A DNA stretch of 64,000 bases from Felis catus (Eukaryota), in NCBI RefSeq assembly GCF_018350175.1, contig NC_058368.1:154196001-154260000 (forward strand), written 5' to 3'. Position numbers and translations under genes: made by a program. Numbering within the stretch: position 1 is the first letter of the stretch; each line of letters opens with the position of its first letter. A model generated the notes under the pieces. The model saw only the letters and a list, made by a program, of their open reading frames with translations, was not told the DNA's origin and ran no database searches. Below are positions 38,213 through 50,479 of the stretch, in pieces.

Positions 38213-38394
38213 GGGGGCACCTGGGGGCTTAGTCAGTTGAGCATCTGACTCTTGATTTTGGCTCAGGTCATGATCCCAGGGTCATGGGATTGAGCCCTGC
38301 ATTGGGCTCTGTGCTGACTGTGGAACCTGCTTAAGATTCTCTTTATCTCTCTCTCTGCCCCTCTCCCCTCCCCCCTCTCTAAATAAATATTTAA
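38213..38394 (+). mobile_element. Older CanSINE
   Basis: GGGGGCACCTGGGGGCTTAGTC head; TSD core GGATAAATG on both sides. Confidence 0.9.
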
Positions 38395-38993
38395 AAAAGG
38401 GATAAATGAATATTCTAGGATTTAAAAGTACATTATCTATAATTTTTGAAAATGGTTGAGCTTAAAAGTAATTAAAGGTGGCAAATGACAGTGTCAGCAA
38501 AAAATGTAGATCAATAGAAATCATTCCACTAGAAGAGAGGTACAAAACTGGAAAAAATATTTAACAGTGTCCATTGTCTTGTGCGACAATATCAAGTGGT
38601 CTAACACATATGCAGTTATAGTGTAAGAAGGACATTACACATAATACACAGTATTTTAAGAAATAGTAACTAAAATTTTCCCAAATTTGGGGAAAAAACA
38701 TTTAAAGTTTCAAGAATTTTATACAAATACAGGCAAGATAAAGACAAGGAAACCACATCAAGGCACTCCTAAAAACTACAACTGAAAAACAAGAACAACC
38801 TTGAAGATAAAGAGATAAATGATAAATTACATACAGTTCAGGAAAGCTATGAATGATGGCCAATTTCTCCTTGAAAATATTGAGGCTAATGGACAATGAA
38901 ATGATATCTTTAAAGTGCTCAGAGAGAGAGAGAAAAAAACAGTATGAACTTTATAGCCAGTGAAAATAATCTGCAAAAATGAAGGTGAACCTC

Positions 38994-39682
38994 ATAGTTT
39001 CCTACTGCTATTGAAACAAATTACCACAGACTCCGTGTTTTTTTCTTTTCTTTTCTTTTCCTTTTAATTTTTTAATGTTTGTATATTTTTAAGAAACAGA
39101 GCACGAGCAAGGGAGAGGAAGAGAGAGAGGGAGACAGAGAATAGAAAGCAAGATCCAGGCTCTGAGGTGTCAGCACAGACCCCCACGAGGGGCCAGAATC
39201 CACCAACTGTGAGATCATGACCTGAGCCAAAGTTGGATGCTACACAGACTAAGCCACCCAGGCGCCCCACCACAGACTCAGTGTTAAGTTTTTAGTCCTA
39301 CAGTTTTGGAGGCCAAAATCTGAAATAGATGTCACTACACTAAAAAAGGTGTTTGCATTTCTTGTGGAGACACCAGGGGGAAATCCAGTTTCTTGTTTTT
39401 CCAGCTTGTATGGACGCCCACATTCCTTAGCTCTTTTCTTCAAAGCCAAATTATGACTGCAAACACCTTTACTGTTAGCATTATATCTCCTCTGACTGTG
39501 ATGCCAGTTTCACTTCTAAGGACTTTTGTGATTGCATTGTGTATAACTAGATAATCCAGAATGATCTACCCCCATTTTAAGATTCATAAATTTTTAATCC
39601 TACCTACAGTCCCTTTTGCTCTGTCTCTTTAGAGAAATTAGGAAGTGGATATCTTTGTGGGCCATTATTCTGTCTATTCTAC
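38994..39682 (-). mobile_element. MaLR solo LTR (MLT1D-like) interrupted by a SINE
   Basis: TAGTTTCCTACTGCTATTGAAACAAATTACCACAGAC start and GGGCCATTATTCTGTCTA end. Confidence 0.8.
39040..39268 (-). mobile_element. CanSINE (SINEC_Fc2-like)
   Basis: 17-bp TSD ACCACAGACTC(C/A)GTGTT at 39023-39039 and 39269-39285. Confidence 0.94.
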
Positions 39683-39929
39683 TTTTAACATTAAATGAAA
39701 TCATTTTTAGATAGATAAAACAGATGGAGTTCTGGCCAGGATATTAGGAATTCCTGGTCAGTTTACCAGCACCCTGCTCTAAAAAAAAAAAAAAAAAAAA
39801 AGGCTAAGGAAGTTCTTCAGGCAAAAAAACCCCAAAACATTACCAGATAGAAACTCCTAAAGGAATGAAGAACATTAGAAATGTTACTATGTTGGCCAAC
39901 ATAAAAGATTATCTTTTTTTCTTCTCTTA

Positions 39930-42900
39930 GTTGATTTTGTGGTTAACATCTTTTATACCATGTTTAAGGAGTCCTTGCCTATGCAAGGTGATGTTTTCTG
40001 TATGTTGATTGTTTTTGCATTAGCATTTAGAGTTGATATCCATCTGAATTCCTTTTAAGGTGAAGTGTGATGTAAAGATTAAAATACCCTTTTTTTTTGG
40101 TATAAATATCCGATTCACTCAGTAGATATTAAAAAGACCATCTTTCTCTAATAGAAATGCCGTGTTAACCTGGTCACAAATCAAGTGACAGTTTATGTTT
40201 GGTTCTGCTTCTGGGCACTTCAATCTTTTCTAATGGTCAGTTTCCCTACCTTTATATAACACTCTGTTAATATAGCTTTGCTTACCTTTTAATGGCAAAT
40301 TAGTTCCTCAGTTCTTTATTGCTGATACTGTAATTTCTCCAGATTTGTTCTTCTATAGTATTGCCTTGGCTATTCTTGGTTTTTAAAATTCTGGTATAAA
40401 TTTTTAAGTCAGTAATTAATTTAGGCCCCAGTTTTAGAATTTTGATTGGTATTATGTTGAATGCATACAATGATGTAGGAAGAGCTAACATGTTTACAGT
40501 ATTGATTCTCATTCATAGGCATCTATATTTTTCTAGTTAAGTTTTCAGTTTCTCTTAATAGTTAAAAATAATAGTTTAAACTTCTTGTACATCTTGTAAA
40601 TTTGTTAATAGATAATATTTTTGAGACTATTACAAATTATATTACTTTAAATTTTTTGTTCTATTGATTTATGGATTTACAATTTTTTATATGTTAGACA
40701 TATTCAATTCTATATTAAATTAACTAATTTGGATAGTTTGTGGATTCTTTTGGATTTTTCAAGTACGTTATTCCTGTTTTCACAAATAACAATTTCACTT
40801 CTTTATTCTAGTTTGTATGTAATTTTTTTCTTATTGCATTTTTTTTTTAATTCACCAACAGAATACTGAGTCATAGTGATAATATCACAGGTCCTTTTTT
40901 CATACCAGACCTCAGTGGCACAGATATTAGTGGGTATGCTAAAGTAGGGTTTTAATTAATATTCTTTATCAGATTAAGAAAGTTGTAACTAATTCCTATA
41001 TTGCTGTGATTTTATTTGAAAGTGTGTTAAATCACTCACTATTAGGATAATCTTCTGATTTTTCTCCTCTTTAGTAATAACATATGAGTTAAACTTACTA
41101 TTTTGAAATATATAACAGTAATCTTTCCATACTGAGGAATACATACATGGACATTTATCAGTTGATTTAATTATAATTTGTGTAGGATTATTATATCTGT
41201 TCATGTCAGAGGTGGTCTGTAATTTTCCTTTAGTATAATAATCTTGCAATGTTTACAAATCAATAGTAGATTGTGCACTCATTATCTATTCTTTGAAAGA
41301 GTTTGGAGAAGTCTGATCTTGTTTCTAAATATTTTAAATACTGGAAAAATTTATCGATGAAGCCATTGATTCCTAATTGTGTTTGTGTGGGGGGGAGAGG
41401 GGTTGTGTGTAAGAGAAACAGAGAAAAAGAGATAGCTTTTTTTTTCTTTTTAGCAGATACAGAGTTACTCATGTTTATATCTTTTCTTCTTACAGTTATT
41501 GTAAAAGGAGTTATTCAGAAATGTCTCCATTTCATGAAAATTGGGAAATTTATTTGCACAAAGTAGATAACACCTTCTAATTGATTTGATAATGTGTAGA
41601 ATCCCATTGATTTTTTTTCATTCCTGATATGAAAAATTAGTTTATTTCTGTTTTCTAATCAATTTTCCAAAGATATTTCAGTTTTGTGAATTTTTCAAAG
41701 CACATCTTTGTTTTATTTATTTTTCTTTTATTGTAGGCCTGCTGGAAATAACTTTCCTCATTTTGTCTGAAAATTAATTTATGAATGTTTCAACAGTATT
41801 CTTCGAGGCATTTGTTTGATTGTTTAGAGTAGTGAATTCTGAGTTAGCAGTTACTTTTTATTTTGACACTAAATATTTGTCCCATTTGCTTCTGAGGACC
41901 ATGATTTCTAGTGACAAGTCAAATAAATTCAGTCTCTCTTTTCCCCCATTGGAGGGAATGTGTCTTTTCCTTGGGTATTTTTTAAGGTTATTCCTTTTGT
42001 CTTTATTTTTCAGAAGTTTAACCATTATATGTCTAACTGTAGTTTTATTTGTATTTATTCTGCTGTGGTGGCTGAGTTTCTTGAATATGTAAATTGATAA
42101 CTAATACTAGCTATCAGAAATTTTCTTCTATTATTTCTTCAATGTTTGGTTTACCTCATTACCTCTCCTCTCTCCTTCTTAGTCTCTAATGGGATGTTTT
42201 CTTTTAATTTCCCTTCAGGTTTAGTAATTTTCTGTTCATTTTTCTCTAATTTGATACTCAGCCATTGAGTTTTTACCACATGTATGGTGTTTTTTAACAC
42301 TATATGCCCATTTTATCTTTCTTTACAGATTTCTGTTTTCCATTTATGCTATCTTCTGTGTCATCCATAATTTTTCATACTTTATTTAACACGTTGACAG
42401 ATATTTCAAAGTATTGCACTTTTAATATCTCATTCATCTAATGGGTCTATTTCTATTCTGTTTTTTTTTCCACTTGAATAAATGTCAATTTTTCTTTACT
42501 TTTCACATTTATAGGAATTTTTAGTTATGTGCTAGACCTTGTATGTAAGTTATCCATGGGTCTCAGATGATATTAGCTTTCCCTGGCAAGTTTTTTTCTT
42601 ATATTCTGTATTAGGAAGGTAGGGTGAGGGACAGATGACATCAATCCACTTAGTGTTTGTAATTGAGGATATTTCGCAGTTTGCATAAGATTTGGTCTTT
42701 CTGTGGTCAGTCCTAATCCTGAAATGTGGCCTTTGGAACTTTCAATAGCATGTCCAATGGTGGCTTCTCCCTTAGGTCTGAAAGAGTATTAGCGATGGAG
42801 CTCTGTTCTCAGCATAGTTGACAGCCTATAACCACAACAAACTTCAAACCTGACAAATACCCTAAGTGAGACTACTATATGCTTAAAACTTAGCTCTACC

Positions 42901-43260
42901 ACAGAGAATATTTATTTCCAAAGCACCTGTGACTGTAGGAAATTTACTCCTTTTAGAAGTTTTGTCCTAGCTCTCCAGCATATGGTGCTATCCTCAAAAC
43001 TCCTGGCTACAACTCTAGCTTCAAGTAGCAAGGACTTAGTTGGTTTCTCTTTCCTCCTTGTAGTGGACCACAGTCTTCAATTTGAGCCTATTACCTTGAT
43101 AAAACAAACAAACAAACAAACAAACAAACAAAAAACTGGTTCTGGAAGTAAAGTCTGAAAGGCTCTCTACTCTCTGGAACTTCACTTTTCTAGTCATTGT
43201 TGCAAATGCATCTCACTGATATCTTTTTCATTTTATAATTTAATTGAATGCCTGTCTTTG
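39930..43260 (-). mobile_element. Ancient L1M fragments (ORF2, ORF1 and 5' region)
   Basis: RINTVNMLALPTSLYAFNIIPIKI (40300-40512) is a decayed ORF2 motif; T-rich antisense composition. Confidence 0.6.
43101..43135. repeat. (AAAC)n microsatellite
   Basis: Direct reading. Confidence 0.95.
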
Positions 43261-43404
43261 AAGTGGGCGCATTGTCTTTTCATGACCTACTATATCATAT
43301 CCAAGGATGGAAATTAAGTAATTTTACTTATAAGGTCCACATATATGCTGTGTGTTTATCTACGTCAGAAAAACAGCAGTACTTCCTGTGGACCTTTAAA
43401 TCAA

Positions 43405-43590
43405 GGATGTATTGGTTATTGGGTAGCATCCAGCTCTCCAATGGGGAAGGGAGTGAGATGAAGGTCACATTTATAGGTTTGCTCATTTCCAGGGTAAATC
43501 TTCCCGCTATGGCCACTTTCAGGCCACCACGTGACATTATTGAATGCAGATTTAGGAAAAGGTGCAGTCCTGCTTACATCATTGCTTAAA
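43405..43590 (-). mobile_element. hAT non-autonomous DNA transposon (MER63-like)
   Basis: CTATGGCCACTTTCAGGCCACCACGTGACATTATTGAATGCAGATTTAGGAAAAG resembles the recalled MER63 consensus. Confidence 0.6.
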
Positions 43591-43870
43591 GTTGCAATAT
43601 GTTAAAATGAGTTTCTGTAACCACTAAGGGTTGAAACTATAATTTGCCTTTTTATTATTTTGGAATTTAATTATGTTGACCTTTTAACTAGAAAAAAAAA
43701 GTTTGGAACTCAAAGAAACTCAATCTTTGGACTTGTGTGAACAAAATTAAATACTGAAAAACAGTACATATATTTTTAATCATTACTATCTACTGTTTTA
43801 TCAGTATTATTTGTCATTATCATAATTATCTTAAAAATGTATTCTCTAATACCAAGATGATGACAGCAAT

Positions 43871-44043
43871 AAACATTAAATGACATTTATACATAAAAAA
43901 TATTTGTGATGTTTCAGACATTTTCTTTTGAATTATTATAAATAATGATAGTTATAGAGTAAATATTAAATGACATTTATATAGATATTTGTGATGTCTC
44001 AGAGATTTTCCTTTGAATTATTATAAAGAATGATAGTTACAGA
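43871..44043. repeat. Two-copy tandem duplication, ~90 and ~83 bp units
   Basis: AAA(C/T)ATTAAATGACATTTAT...TATTTGTGATGT...GAATTATTATAAA.AATGATAGTTA.AGA at 43871 and 43961. Confidence 0.92.
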
Positions 44044-44345
44044 AACGATAGTTTTAATTGAAGACTATTAAATTTAAATTATGCCAGAATGCTATAAAAG
44101 TAAACAAAAAAGTTACTAAGAATGTATAACATTCAAAAGACCACAGACATCACTCTGTTACAGAATATTGAGACATCCTATTCTTGGGCCTCTGTAAGTA
44201 GAGAATAAAACTAAATGGTTAAGAGAAAAAGGACATTTATCCACCTTTTGAGAGAGAAGAAAATAATTTGTTTCTGCGTAGCCTATCCAGGCTTTTTAGT
44301 AGGCAGCAGAATTTGTGCTTAAAGAGTTCCAAGTAAACCTGAAAC

Positions 44346-44489
44346 GGGAAAGAAAAGGAAAGAAAGAAAAGAAAGACAAAAAAGGGAAAGGAAAGAAGGG
44401 AAAAGAAAGAAAAATGAAGGAGGGAAGGAGGAAGGAAGGAAGGATGGATGCAAGGAAGGAAGGAATGGAGAGAAGAGAAGAGAAGGAAA
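44346..44489 (+). repeat. Polypurine low-complexity tract (GAAA/GGAA/GAGAA), probably inside an old MaLR-like LTR (~44270-44730)
   Basis: Direct reading; the host LTR assignment is tentative. Confidence 0.9.
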
Positions 44490-44736
44490 TTGTGTTTTAT
44501 GGTTTACCTTACTTCTAGTGTAGGAGATTGTGAGGCCAGAGGTAGATGGATAGGCACACAATCCAAAGAACTGGCCCACTAAAGGAAGCCCTGCTTCCAC
44601 CGTCCAACCGCTAAAAGCTATAACCTGTACCTGCAGCATAGGACCTCAGAAACTACCATTCAACCCACGGCCACTCCTGACTTCTGACTTCAGTCCTGTT
44701 GCACCTAATACCACTGAAGAATATTCCATATAATTA

Positions 44737-44903
44737 AGGGAACCATACAATCTGTTGCCCAAACTGGGACTCTCAGAATAAGAGGCTATTAATAGCATTA
44801 ATAATTAAACAGGGAAATAGGCTATTAATAGTATTAATAATTAAACAGGAAAATAGGCAGGAAGCAGGGTGTCCCAGGTAAAACAGGATGTATGAATATA
44901 CTT
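44737..44903 (+). mobile_element. hAT-Blackjack MITE (MER94-like) with an internal 36-bp duplication
   Basis: AGGGAACCATACAAT...CCAAACTGGGAC...TATTAATAATTA...GTCCCAGGTAAAACAGGATGTATG; duplicated units at 44783-44818 and 44819-44854. Confidence 0.7.
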
Positions 44904-45420
44904 CTCAGGATTCTCCTACTGCTGTGTCCTCATGAGGCCAGAGGCCTCACATTTGAGAAACCTGCTACAGGCCTGATCTGAACTGAAGGAAAAAAAAAGG
45001 GGGGGGGCTGACACAATGTATATCTATATTTGTAGCTTCTGAGATGAGAACTTCCCTCATTTGGTTGCGAAAATTCCCTCCAAAAAAGAGGTGATGTTTG
45101 CTGAGTGTTCAAATAGGATGACAAATATAAACTGCATCAGTTTTAAAGTAATTTGTTGATCAAACCTGGATAGTTGAATTAAATAAAGTAAGAAAACACA
45201 CTAAAGTAAGAAAACATTCCAATCCGAGTGACCATACGAGTTCTTTAAAACTCTGTACACTAGCTATAGAAATCGGAATTGTACTTAGCTATCCTTTTGA
45301 AGTGATATTATAGCATAAAAGGCTTGATTCTGTCAATGATCATTTAATTAGTTGATTTTCTAATGGCTTATTTAATCCAAGATTAATATAACTCAACTGA
45401 ATAGTGATATTCTTTTTAAA

Positions 45421-45445
45421 ACAAAAATCATATTTGTTTATTTTT

Positions 45446-45476
<31 letters not shown>

Positions 45477-45651
45477 CACGAGCAGGGGAGGGGCAGAAGG
45501 AGAGGGAGACACAGAATCTGAAGCAGGCTCCAGGCTGTGAACTGTCAGTTCTGACAGCTCAGAGCCTGACACAGGCTTCGAACTCATGAACCATGAGATC
45601 AAGACCTGAGCTGAAGTTGGGGCTTAACTGACTGAGCTAGCCAGGCACCCC
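45421..45651 (-). mobile_element. CanSINE (SINEC_Fc2-like)
   Basis: (GA)n tract, GACACAGAATCTGAAGCAGGCTCCAGG, ends in CCAGGCACCCC. Confidence 0.93.
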
Positions 45652-47027
45652 AAGAGTATTATTTTTAAATGTTCATCTTAGGTCGTTCAGTAAATGTAGA
45701 GCTTGGATTTGTAATCTATTTATAACAAATATTTCCAATAGATTTTATTTTATGTTGTCCAAGGACAAGACTTAGAGAACTAGTGATAAAAATGCAATTC
45801 AAATGAGAATCATTATAAGCCTATTCCTGAAGTAAATAAATAATGGTATGTGTATAATCCCTTCCCTCAAATTGCTTGTCTTTATCATATCATCGCAGTG
45901 AGATTTTTCTACATTTCTAATTGAGGTAAAAAAAAAACAAAAACTTTTAGACCCACTATCCTAAACAAATAAATCTCATCCATAGTTTTATCATACTTTT
46001 ACACTAAAATTAGCTGGTAGTCACTTTCAGCTAATTTATCAGTAATAATAAACTAATGAAGTTTGAAAACGATGTATACATCATAATAAACCTACATACA
46101 AAAATTAGACTAGTTTGAAAATTATATCATAAAACAGCCATCCTTATTCTCTTTTACTGACATGTATAAACTCCTGCTGTAGGTCAAGGGGGTTAACCCG
46201 CATAGGTCGAGTTTACTATGCAAAAAATCACATTAAAATTAGTAAGATTTGAAAACTACTCTTTTTCCACATATACGCAATTATACATAATCATACATTA
46301 TTACAAAGAATAGTCAATATATTAGCATTTTATTGAAATATAGCTTTTTACCAATTATACACATCTTTTGATATAATTAGTTACTTAGATTTTTAAGGGC
46401 ATTGTCAGCATAACTTGAATAACTTCTCATACATTTAGAGAAATAGAGTTGGTAAGAGCTTTAGTTTATAGAAAAGATGAAAATAGAGAAAAATAAAAAT
46501 CTTGGTCAAATATGCTAGAAAGATAAATCTTCATAAACACTCATCAAATAGCAACCATTTTAAAATATATTTTCATTAATATTTATAAAAGTAGAAGTGG
46601 TTCTGAGAAGTTTTGGAGTAATTGGAAATCATTTATTAAAATTAAAAGTAATAGAAAATGTAAATTTGAAGCAAACTTTGAGTTTCTTACCAAACAGCAG
46701 AAACCTGGGCTGGGTTCAGGCTTCACCAATTCATTTTATACACCTAAAATCCCTCCTGCAATTCCTCCAGGTTTAAAGTAGGAAATAGAAAATGAAAACC
46801 TTAGGCTTTTCTGGGGAAATGAGGATAAATTCATGACTTAATCTGTAACTGAAAATAAGCGAGGCTTTAAAGTAAGTTCCCAAAAGTTACTTCTAATTAG
46901 CTCTGTAAAATCTGTAAGTTTTGTTTAATTTTATCTGATGCCTTTGAAGAAGTAACTTCTGAGTTTAGGCATAGTCTTCCTCATATTCCATGGCATTCCA
47001 ATTAACCAAGTCTTACCATATGGATCT

Positions 47028-47190
47028 TAGTTTCCCAGATTGTGTTCTGCATAAATGTGCCACTAGGAGTCGTGGTGAAGCAAACATGAGTGGAACAAAG
47101 TTAAGGTTTTTTTAACATAGATCTTCCAGAGCCTCTAACAGCTAATGTGCATTGAGACTTCTAAGAGAGGGAGGAATAGTCTGTGTTGGG
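47028..47190. mobile_element. Old hAT-Charlie-like MER fragment
   Basis: CAGAGCCTCTAACAGCTAATGTGCATTGAGACTTCTAAGAGAGGG resembles MER102/MER113-type sequence. Confidence 0.4.
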
Positions 47191-48244
47191 AGCATGTAGA
47201 GAAAGAGAGAAAGAGACAGAAAGGAAGGAATATTGGCAGTGTAAGCTAATTTGAACATGCTGTCTGGAAATTGCAAAGGATATTGTGTCATTTCTTCTGA
47301 AATAGCAGTCACATTAAACTTTGCTAACTTATTTGCTTCCAGATTTGTAAATCATCAAGCTCACTTCATGTCTGTTTCTCTTTAAATTTAAGAACTTGCA
47401 CCTTAATGAGGCTCCACTTTCCCCAGAGATCCAAAATCTTTAAAATATTATTTATTGATATTTCCTGCCTTAGAAAGTTTTCTATAGCTTTTTTTTTTTA
47501 CAATTTTCCAAAAGTGCAGGTGGCCAAATCATTTCTTTTAGAAGTATGCAGATTGCTACTCCTCAAAGGCTGCTCACTCAATGAGGCTAAATACACATCT
47601 ATGCAAGACGAGGATGGTATTGAGTCATAAAAATCTTGAAGGACCAAGAGACTAAAATAAACATGTTTTCAACTCTTCTGACATCTGGTACTCAATGTGA
47701 AATAGCAATATTGAAAAATTACTAAAAGATGCTTGTTTCAAAAGTTTGATTCAAATAATTACATATTAGTATCTACCAGTGTCATTGACATAGTGATATA
47801 GAGATCATTCACTAGCGTGTTCGATTTGACAAAGCTATTCTCAAAATAATACTTTATTATAGTACAATTTAGACATGATGATACATTTAAAAATAGTTTT
47901 TGTTAATAACAAGAGGACGTTTCCCCCCATTCCTTAATTTGGGGATATAGAGAATACTTTCTGTGACTATAAGCTAAATCATTTCATATTGCTCAGCTCA
48001 ATATGGCTCTTGTGATAATTGTTCAGAATTGTATTATAGTTAAAATTACACTGTAATAGAAAAATGTCCTCCTTTCCCTTTAAAGCAAAGCTTAGTCCTG
48101 GCAGAAACAAAAAATTCTAAGTTGGGAAATCTTTCTTTCATTAGCCAGAATGCTGAAAAAAATGCTTAAAATAAGAGTAAACTGTTAAGAGATTCTTTTC
48201 TACATAATCAAGCTAATTGGTTTTCAGATTTTTGGTTTGTTAAT

Positions 48245-49050
48245 TACTCACTCAATATTAATTGTGTGAATATTTATTCTCACTATGTATCAGAAACTAG
48301 TCTAGATGGCAAAGAAAAACATAACATTTATTGAGGTTGTATTTTAGTGGGAAGAAATGGAAATTAAAAAAAACAATATCAGATATTGAAAAATTCTATG
48401 CAAATAGACTATGTGACCATCTTACATTGTGGGGGAGGGCTCAGTAAAAGGTAACTTAAGGTTAAAATCTGAATGCTACATTAAACCACTTATGCAAAAG
48501 TTGGTAAGAAAGTGTATCCTGCAGAGTGAGAAGCTAGCACAAAGATCCTATGGCCAAAACTAGCTTGGAGGAACATAAAGTCCAATGCAGTGGGAAAAAT
48601 GGATGATGCGAGAGGTAGATATTGGGAGGGGGGGTGGGAAGAAATAGAGACCACAGAGGTGATTTGTAGTCAGATTAAGGAGTTTGTAAATAATGAACAT
48701 GTTTTAAACAGTGAATGATAATCTTTGGGGTACAAGTATAAGCAAGGAATTATTAAATTCCACGATCATCTATGCCTACTCTTCAGTAGGCATAGATGAT
48801 CGTGGAATTTAATAGCCTATGGCATTGCAGTTGAGAGAAGTGGACTGTTGAAAGAGATGTGCTGGCAGTAGAGTCAATGAAGGCTGGCTGTTGGATTGGA
48901 CATGGCGTGGAAAAATAAAATAAAAATAATATTGCAGAGTCAGTAAAACTATTGCTCTCAGTTGTTATTACCCTGTTTTGGTATGTTTGAGAAATGTGAC
49001 CAAAATTCATATTTAGTTTACCTGATGAAGAGCAGGGAAAAGAAGATTCT
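48245..49050. mobile_element. Decayed L2 element
   Basis: L2 motif order: AATATTTATTCTCACTATGTATCAG, GCACAAAGATCCTATGG, GAGAAGTGGACTG...GAGATGTG...TTGGATTGG. Confidence 0.7.
48751..48814. repeat. Perfect 30-bp inverted repeat with a 4-nt spacer (hairpin/cruciform)
   Basis: TATTAAATTCCACGATCATCTATGCCTACT-CTTC-AGTAGGCATAGATGATCGTGGAATTTAATA; the arms are exact reverse complements. Confidence 0.98.
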
Positions 49051-50479
49051 TGAAAGAGAAGCCAGATGAAGATTTAAGAAATCAAAAGAAGGTAATGAAG
49101 CCAAAAACAAAAACAAAAACAAAAAAAACACAATAAAGCGGTATAATTTTCTGGACTAAAAAGCCTCATGTACTTACTGATAAATTGGAAGTTTATCAAT
49201 TGGAACAATAAAAAAAATACCATAATCTGTCTTTAATACCTAGATGAAAATTCAAAATGACAATATGTAATCCATTGTCTTCAAAAGTGTATTCCTTGGA
49301 AGGCCAGTCCCGTGAGATGGTGTTAATATATTTGTGAAACATCACATATTTTTAAAATATTTTATATATACAAATATGCACATATTATTTATATATATAT
49401 GCATTTGTATTTATATATGTGTTATATATGAATTAATATTAACATTTAAAATGTAAAAGTTCTTGGGGATAGCTGACATAAATGAATGCCAACAGTAGAC
49501 TATAATTATCATTATATTATGAAGTAGGAAAATCATATTACCTTTTATCTCCCATGAATAATAGATCTTCAGGAAAACCATGTTACTGATAAATAAGTCA
49601 AATTTGCTCAAAAATAGAAGGGGTATCTTCTCTAGCAGTTACTTTGCATAATTTTGTATATATACCACCAAGTGGTAAATTCTGGGGTCACTCTGAATTA
49701 ATACTCAAGATTTTTAGGACTCCGTGGGATGTTAAAACCAAGTAATAGTTTGTCAGGAATATTTAAGATCAAAAACCAACTTAAGCAGTACAAGTATGTA
49801 GCAGTTACCAATTTGCTGTGCCTGCAACTAAGAGAAAATATGGAGGAACAAGAATGGAGGTTAGCAATTTTTCCACAAACACAGATAAATCACCTTATAA
49901 TCTTTAGGGCAAAACCCATTAATACTTGCTGCTAGAGATTTGGATTATTTCATCTTTCTAGAAGTGTATTTTGTTTTGTTTAGTAAACATGCCTGACACT
50001 AAGAAGAAGAAAGTAGATTTCTACTCAGAGGTTTGCCTTTGTCATTGAAAATTCAACTCATCTTGGGAGTGAAATGGAAAACATTGTGTGGCTTGATTTA
50101 GGGTTGAGTTTTAACCTGAATTGGTGGTTTTGCAGTTTAAAGGGTCAATGGATCTTGTCTTTCTTTTCAACACTGCTACCTATCATTTGGGACTCTAGCC
50201 ATTTTGTATAAAAGTTATCCTTATAGTCTTCAAAATAATTACAAATGGTAACTATGCTCATCTGACAGACTAGGCTGTGTTTTAATACGATGATGCATAT
50301 AAAACTACTTTACAACTATGCAATCTTCTGTACATGTCTATGGCGTTGCTATTATTTTGATTATATATGCCTTAACGAGATGTGAGCCTTTGGAAGAAGA
50401 AATACAAAAACGATTGTAGGCATCAGATTGAATTTGGGAACTCTCACTTTTTACTCTGGGTCCCTTTAGACACTTAAAT

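Larger units (their letters stand above)
37500..39915 (+). mobile_element. Ancient L1M 5'/ORF1 region split by two SINEs and an MLT1
   Basis: A-rich ORF1-like motifs (GACAATATCAAGTGGTCTAACACATATGCAGTTA; GGACAATGAAATGATATCTTTAAAGTGCT). Confidence 0.6.

Noticed and set aside
43871..44854. Direct repeats as a CRISPR-like array
   Set aside because: Only two adjacent copies each, with no spacers and no cas genes, in eukaryotic DNA
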